Source: a virus (taxonomy: Duplodnaviria; Heunggongvirae; Uroviricota; Caudoviricetes). From it: a stretch of 11,363 nucleotides of DNA. A model generated the notes under the pieces. It saw only the letters and a program-made list of their open reading frames with translations, ran no database searches and had not been told where the DNA came from. The number at the start of each line of letters is the position of its first letter. The first letter of the stretch is position 1. Both the position numbers and the translations under genes were made by a program. The DNA is taken from IMG/VR virus record IMGVR_UViG_2563366799_000008. One strand, written 5' to 3'. Shown one piece after another: positions 7,253-11,363 of the stretch.

Positions 7253-9724
7253 ATGAGTAAAGTCTTTATTTGCGCCGCTATTCCTGACGAACTGGCAACA
7301 AGGGAAGAAGGCGCTGTGGCTGTAGCCACAGCCATTGAAGCTGGCGACGAACGCCGTGCTCGAGCAAAATTTCACTGGCAGTTCCTGGAACATTATCCGG
7401 CTGCTCAGGACTGCGCTTATAAATTTATTGTCTGCGAGGATAAACCTGGCATACCCCGCCCTGCCCTCGATTCATGGGATGCTGAATATATGCAGGAAAA
7501 CCGCTGGGATGAGGAGTCTGCTTCTTTTGTCCCGGTTGAGACTGAATCCGATCCGATGAACGTCACTTTTGACAAGCTGGCCCCTGAAGTACAGAACGCT
7601 GTCATGGTTAAGTTCGACACATGTGAAAACATCACCGTTGATATGGTTATTAGCGCACAGGAATTGTTGCAGGAAGACATGGCAACATTCGACGGACATA
7701 TCGTTGAAGCGTTGATGAAAATGCCAGAAGTTAACGCCATGTATCCGGAGCTTAAGTTGCACGCCATTGGGTGGGTTAAGCATAAATGTATTCCTGGTGC
7801 TAAATGGCCCGAAATTCAGGCAGAGATGCGCATCTGGAAAAAACGTCGCGAAGGTGAACGCAAGGAAACCGGAAAATACACGTCTGTTGTTGATCTCGCC
7901 CGCGCCAGAGCCAATCAACAGTACACTGAAAATTCAACAGGAAAAATCAGCCCGGTCATTGCTGCCATTCATCGCGAATACAAGCAGACATGGAAAACAC
8001 TGGATGACGAACTGGCCTACGCTCTCTGGCCTGGTGATGTAGATGCCGGAAACATTGACGGCAGCATCCATCGCTGGGCAAAAAATGAAGTTATCGACAA
8101 CGACCGCGAAGACTGGAAGCGTATCTCGGCATCAATGCGCAAACAGCCTGATGCCCTTCGCTACGACCGCCAGACTATTTTTGGCCTTGTCCGTGAACGT
8201 CCGATCGACATTCACAAAGACCCTGTGGCACTGAACAAATACATTACTGAATACCTGACTACAAAGGGCGTGTTTGAAGATGAAGGAACAAATCAGAGCG
8301 CAACTGATACTCTCTCGTCGCCAGTACCAGAAACTGATGCAGTGGAAACGGCAATTCCAGACAACGAAAAAACCGAATGCAAAGTGGAAGTCGAACCATC
8401 TGTAGAACGTGAGGGGCCGTTCTACTTCCTCTTCACCGACAAGGATGGCGAAAAATACGGTCGCGCAAACAAACTTTCTGGTCTGGATAAGGCGCTGTCT
8501 GCTGGGGCTACTGAAATCACGAAAGAAGAATATTTCGCCCGCAAAAACGGTACATACTCAGGTTCACAACAAAATACTGGTGCATCTGACACGACCGCAC
8601 AACCAGGGTCAGTAAAAGTTACCGCTGACGAAGTAAACAAAATTATGCAGGCAGCCAATATCAGCCAGCCTGACGCCGATGAACTGCTTGCAGTATCACG
8701 TGGTGAATTTGTTGAAGGGATTAGCGACCCGAATGATCCGAAATGGGTTAAGGGGATCCAGACCCGCGATTCTGTGAACCAGAACCAGCAAGAAACGGAA
8801 CAGAACGACCAGAAAGCGGAACAAAACAGCCCAAATACGCAACAAAACGAGCCAGAAACAAAACAACCTGAACCAGTAGTGCAACAGGAACCGGAAAAGA
8901 TCTGCACCGCCTGCGGTCATAGCGGTGGCGGCAACTGCCCTGATTGTGGTGCGGTGATGGGTGACGCAACATACCAGGAAATATTCGATGGAGAGAATCA
9001 GCCTGAAGTTCAGGAAAATGATCCGGAGGAAATGGAAGGCACTGCGCATCAGCACAAGGAGAACACTGGCGGCAATCAGCATCACAATAGCGATAATGAA
9101 ACTGGCGAGACGGCAGATCACTCAATTAAGGTGAACGGTCATCACGAAATCACATCCACCAGCAGGACGTGTGACCATCTAATGATCGACCTTGAAACCA
9201 TGGGAAAAAATCCTGATGCCCCGATCATCTCAATAGGTGCAATATTTTTCGATCCGCAAACCGGAGATATGGGACCGGAATTTAGTAAGACTATCGATCT
9301 GGAAACTGCTGGCGGAGTCATTGATCGGGACACCATTAAATGGTGGCTTAAGCAATCACGCGAAGCGCAATCTGCCATTATGACCGATGAAATCCCGTTA
9401 GATGATGCACTGTTACAATTGCGGGAATTTATCGACGAAAACTCCGGTGAATTTTTTGTTCATGTCTGGGGAAATGGAGCCAACTTCGACAACACGATTT
9501 TGCGCCGTTCATACGAACGGCAGGGAATCCCCTGCCCGTGGCGTTACTACAACGATCGCGATGTACGCACAATCGTTGAGCTGGGGAAAGCCATAGACTT
9601 CGATGCCAGAACGGCTATTCCATTCGAAGGTGAGCGCCATAATGCACTTGATGACGCCCGTTACCAGGCAAAATACGTTTCAGCTATCTGGCAAAAACTG
9701 ATCCCGAGTCAGGCTGATTCTTAA
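7253..9724 (+). CDS. exodeoxyribonuclease VIII-like early protein (YdfE-like) with C-terminal DnaQ-like DEDDh 3'-5' exonuclease domain
   Basis: 823-aa ORF with GAGG SD. C-terminus carries Exo I (IDLETMG, D at nt 9188), Exo II (WGNGANFDNTIL) and Exo III (HNALDDARY) motifs. Middle has a Q/N/E-rich low-complexity linker (~8760-8900) and a CTACGHSGGGNCPDCG zinc-ribbon-like motif (~8910-8960). Confidence 0.9.
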   Translation: MSKVFICAAIPDELATREEGAVAVATAIEAGDERRARAKFHWQFLEHYPAAQDCAYKFIVCEDKPGIPRPALDSWDAEYMQENRWDEESASFVPVETESDPMNVTFDKLAPEVQNAVMVKFDTCENITVDMVISAQELLQEDMATFDGHIVEALMKMPEVNAMYPELKLHAIGWVKHKCIPGAKWPEIQAEMRIWKKRREGERKETGKYTSVVDLARARANQQYTENSTGKISPVIAAIHREYKQTWKTLDDELAYALWPGDVDAGNIDGSIHRWAKNEVIDNDREDWKRISASMRKQPDALRYDRQTIFGLVRERPIDIHKDPVALNKYITEYLTTKGVFEDEGTNQSATDTLSSPVPETDAVETAIPDNEKTECKVEVEPSVEREGPFYFLFTDKDGEKYGRANKLSGLDKALSAGATEITKEEYFARKNGTYSGSQQNTGASDTTAQPGSVKVTADEVNKIMQAANISQPDADELLAVSRGEFVEGISDPNDPKWVKGIQTRDSVNQNQQETEQNDQKAEQNSPNTQQNEPETKQPEPVVQQEPEKICTACGHSGGGNCPDCGAVMGDATYQEIFDGENQPEVQENDPEEMEGTAHQHKENTGGNQHHNSDNETGETADHSIKVNGHHEITSTSRTCDHLMIDLETMGKNPDAPIISIGAIFFDPQTGDMGPEFSKTIDLETAGGVIDRDTIKWWLKQSREAQSAIMTDEIPLDDALLQLREFIDENSGEFFVHVWGNGANFDNTILRRSYERQGIPCPWRYYNDRDVRTIVELGKAIDFDARTAIPFEGERHNALDDARYQAKYVSAIWQKLIPSQADS

Positions 9725-9735
9725 TGTTCAACTGT

Positions 9736-9767
9736 CGCCGGTTGTGACTGGTATTCTGCAACCGGCG
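9736..9767 (+). other. RNA hairpin between exonuclease and excisionase genes (9-bp GC-rich stem, 14-nt loop), no U-tract
   Basis: cgccggttg (9736-9744) pairs with caaccggcg (9759-9767). Followed by ctcgtctgatg, so it is not a canonical intrinsic terminator. Confidence 0.3.
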
Positions 9768-9796
9768 CTCGTCTGATGTAAGAGATAAAGAAATCG

Positions 9797-10048
9797 ATGA
9801 GCGAAGTAATCATGATTGTCTCTCCCGGCAAATGGGTATCCGAAGAGCAGTTAATTGCGCTGAAAGGAATAAAAAAAGGTACGTTAAAAAAGGCCCGGGA
9901 AAAATCGTTTATGGAAGGAAGGGAATATAAGCATGTCGCTCATGACGGTATGCCATGGGATAACAGTCCATGCTTTTACAACCTGGAAGAAATTGATCGC
10001 TGGATTGAGCGCCAGGCATCAGCAAGACCAAGACGTCATCTTACTTGA
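9797..10048 (+). CDS. xis: excisionase-like protein (Xis)
   Basis: 83-aa basic protein immediately upstream of and codirectional with the integrase, with a 34-bp gap. Weak SD. Position and size are typical of lambdoid xis. Confidence 0.65.
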   Translation: MSEVIMIVSPGKWVSEEQLIALKGIKKGTLKKAREKSFMEGREYKHVAHDGMPWDNSPCFYNLEEIDRWIERQASARPRRHLT

Positions 10049-10082
10049 CTAAAAGCCACACTAACTAATGAGAGAAGTTGAA

Positions 10083-11363
10083 ATGAAATATCCGACAGGC
10101 GTGGAAAACCATGGAGGGAAATTACGTATCTGGTTTGTTTATAAAGGCGTAAGAGTCAGGGAAAACCTGGGGGTTCCTGACACAGCAAAAAACAGGCGCG
10201 TTGCAGGTGAGTTACGCGCCTCTGTTTGTTACGCAATAAAAACTGGTGTTTTCGACTATGCAAAACAGTTTCCCTCCTCACGCAATCTGGAAAAATTTGG
10301 TGAGGCCCGACAAGATTTAACCATAAAAGAACTGGCTGAAAAATTTCTGGCACTGAAAGAAACTGAAGTCGCAAAAACATCACTCAACACATACCGTGCC
10401 GTCATCAAAAATATCCTGAGCATAATCGGTGAAAAAAATCTTGCCTCATCGATTAATAAAGAAAAATTACTGGAGGTTCGTAAAGAGCTACTGACTGGAT
10501 ACCAGATCCCCAAAAGTAACTATATTGTTACACAACCAGGGAGATCGGCTGTAACTGTAAATAATTACATGACAAATCTTAACGCCGTGTTCCAGTTTGG
10601 TGTTGATAACGGTTACCTGGCAGATAACCCGTTTAAGGGGATCTCGCCATTAAAGGAATCAAGAACCATTCCGGATCCTCTTTCGCGGGAGGAATTTATC
10701 CGTCTTATCGATGCGTGCAGAAATCAGCAAGCAAAAAATTTATGGTGTGTTTCTGTTTATACTGGCGTTCGCCCTGGTGAGCTGTGTGCACTTGGATGGG
10801 AGGACATAGATCTGAAAAATGGAACAATGATGATCAGGAGAAATTTAGCAAAAGACCGTTTCACGGTACCAAAAACACAGGCGGGAACCAATCGGGTCAT
10901 TCATCTTATTAAGCCAGCAATCGACGCTCTCCGGAGTCAGATGACATTAACGAGACTGAGCAAAGAGCATATCATTGATGTTCACCTCAGAGAGTATGGC
11001 AGAACAGAAAAACAAAAATGCACCTTTGTTTTTCAACCTGAAGTGTCAGCGAGAGTAAAAAATTATGGTGACCATTTTACCGTTGACTCAATAAGGCAGA
11101 TGTGGGACGCAGCGATAAAACGTGCCGGACTCCGCCATCGAAAATCATATCAGTCGAGACATACTTATGCCTGCTGGTCGCTGACAGCTGGTGCTAACCC
11201 GGCATTTATAGCAAACCAGATGGGCCATGCAGATGCGCAAATGGTATTTAAGGTATACGGAAAATGGATGTCTGAAAACAATAATGCACAGGTAGCTTTG
11301 TTAAATACACAGTTAAGCGAGTTTGCCCCAACCATGCCCCATAACGAAGCAATGAAAAATTAA
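10083..11363 (+). CDS. int: phage tyrosine integrase (IntR/lambdoid family)
   Basis: Track ORF starts 10068; ATG 10083 (MKYPTGVENHGGKLRIWF) aligns with the N-terminus of IntR-type integrases. Catalytic-region motifs GVRPGELCALGWEDID and SRHTYACW...GHADAQMVFKVYGKW. Stop is at the window end. Confidence 0.9.
   Translation: MKYPTGVENHGGKLRIWFVYKGVRVRENLGVPDTAKNRRVAGELRASVCYAIKTGVFDYAKQFPSSRNLEKFGEARQDLTIKELAEKFLALKETEVAKTSLNTYRAVIKNILSIIGEKNLASSINKEKLLEVRKELLTGYQIPKSNYIVTQPGRSAVTVNNYMTNLNAVFQFGVDNGYLADNPFKGISPLKESRTIPDPLSREEFIRLIDACRNQQAKNLWCVSVYTGVRPGELCALGWEDIDLKNGTMMIRRNLAKDRFTVPKTQAGTNRVIHLIKPAIDALRSQMTLTRLSKEHIIDVHLREYGRTEKQKCTFVFQPEVSARVKNYGDHFTVDSIRQMWDAAIKRAGLRHRKSYQSRHTYACWSLTAGANPAFIANQMGHADAQMVFKVYGKWMSENNNAQVALLNTQLSEFAPTMPHNEAMKN

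Noticed and set aside
7335-9596. Eleven small ORFs on both strands inside the exonuclease gene
   Set aside because: All lie within or antisense to the 823-aa ORF, whose DEDDh motifs and SD support it as the real gene.
10156-10513. Two - strand ORFs inside the integrase gene
   Set aside because: Antisense to a strongly supported integrase CDS.
11300-11363. Phage attachment site or flanking tRNA
   Set aside because: The integrase stop coincides with the window end, so any att core or tRNA target lies outside the window.

Overview
The window is the early/immunity half of a Qin/Rac-type lambdoid prophage (Escherichia-like, probably cryptic), with an AT-rich two-gene cargo cassette at its left edge. 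All family assignments are from reading the translations and from synteny; no database search was run. Left to right: (i) 1-2223, a ~33-35% GC cassette on the + strand carrying an AbiH-like ORF and a 463-aa protein with a PD-(D/E)xK nuclease-like motif, which is the best candidate for an undescribed defence function; (ii) 2486-4767 on the - strand, the rightward early operon: Cro-like HTH, YdaT-like protein, an O/YdaU-like replication initiator with origin-like iterons inside its coding sequence, and a 140-aa hypothetical, with no helicase-loader gene; (iii) 4768-5266, divergent promoter/operator region and a DicA/RacR-like repressor; (iv) 5564-9724 on the + strand, the leftward early operon: YdfA-like small protein, DicF sRNA, DicB, YdfD-like protein, and an 823-aa exodeoxyribonuclease-VIII-like protein ending in a DnaQ-like DEDDh domain; (v) 9797-11363, excisionase-like gene and a tyrosine integrase ending at the window edge, so the att site lies outside. 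No CRISPR array, tRNA or rRNA was seen.
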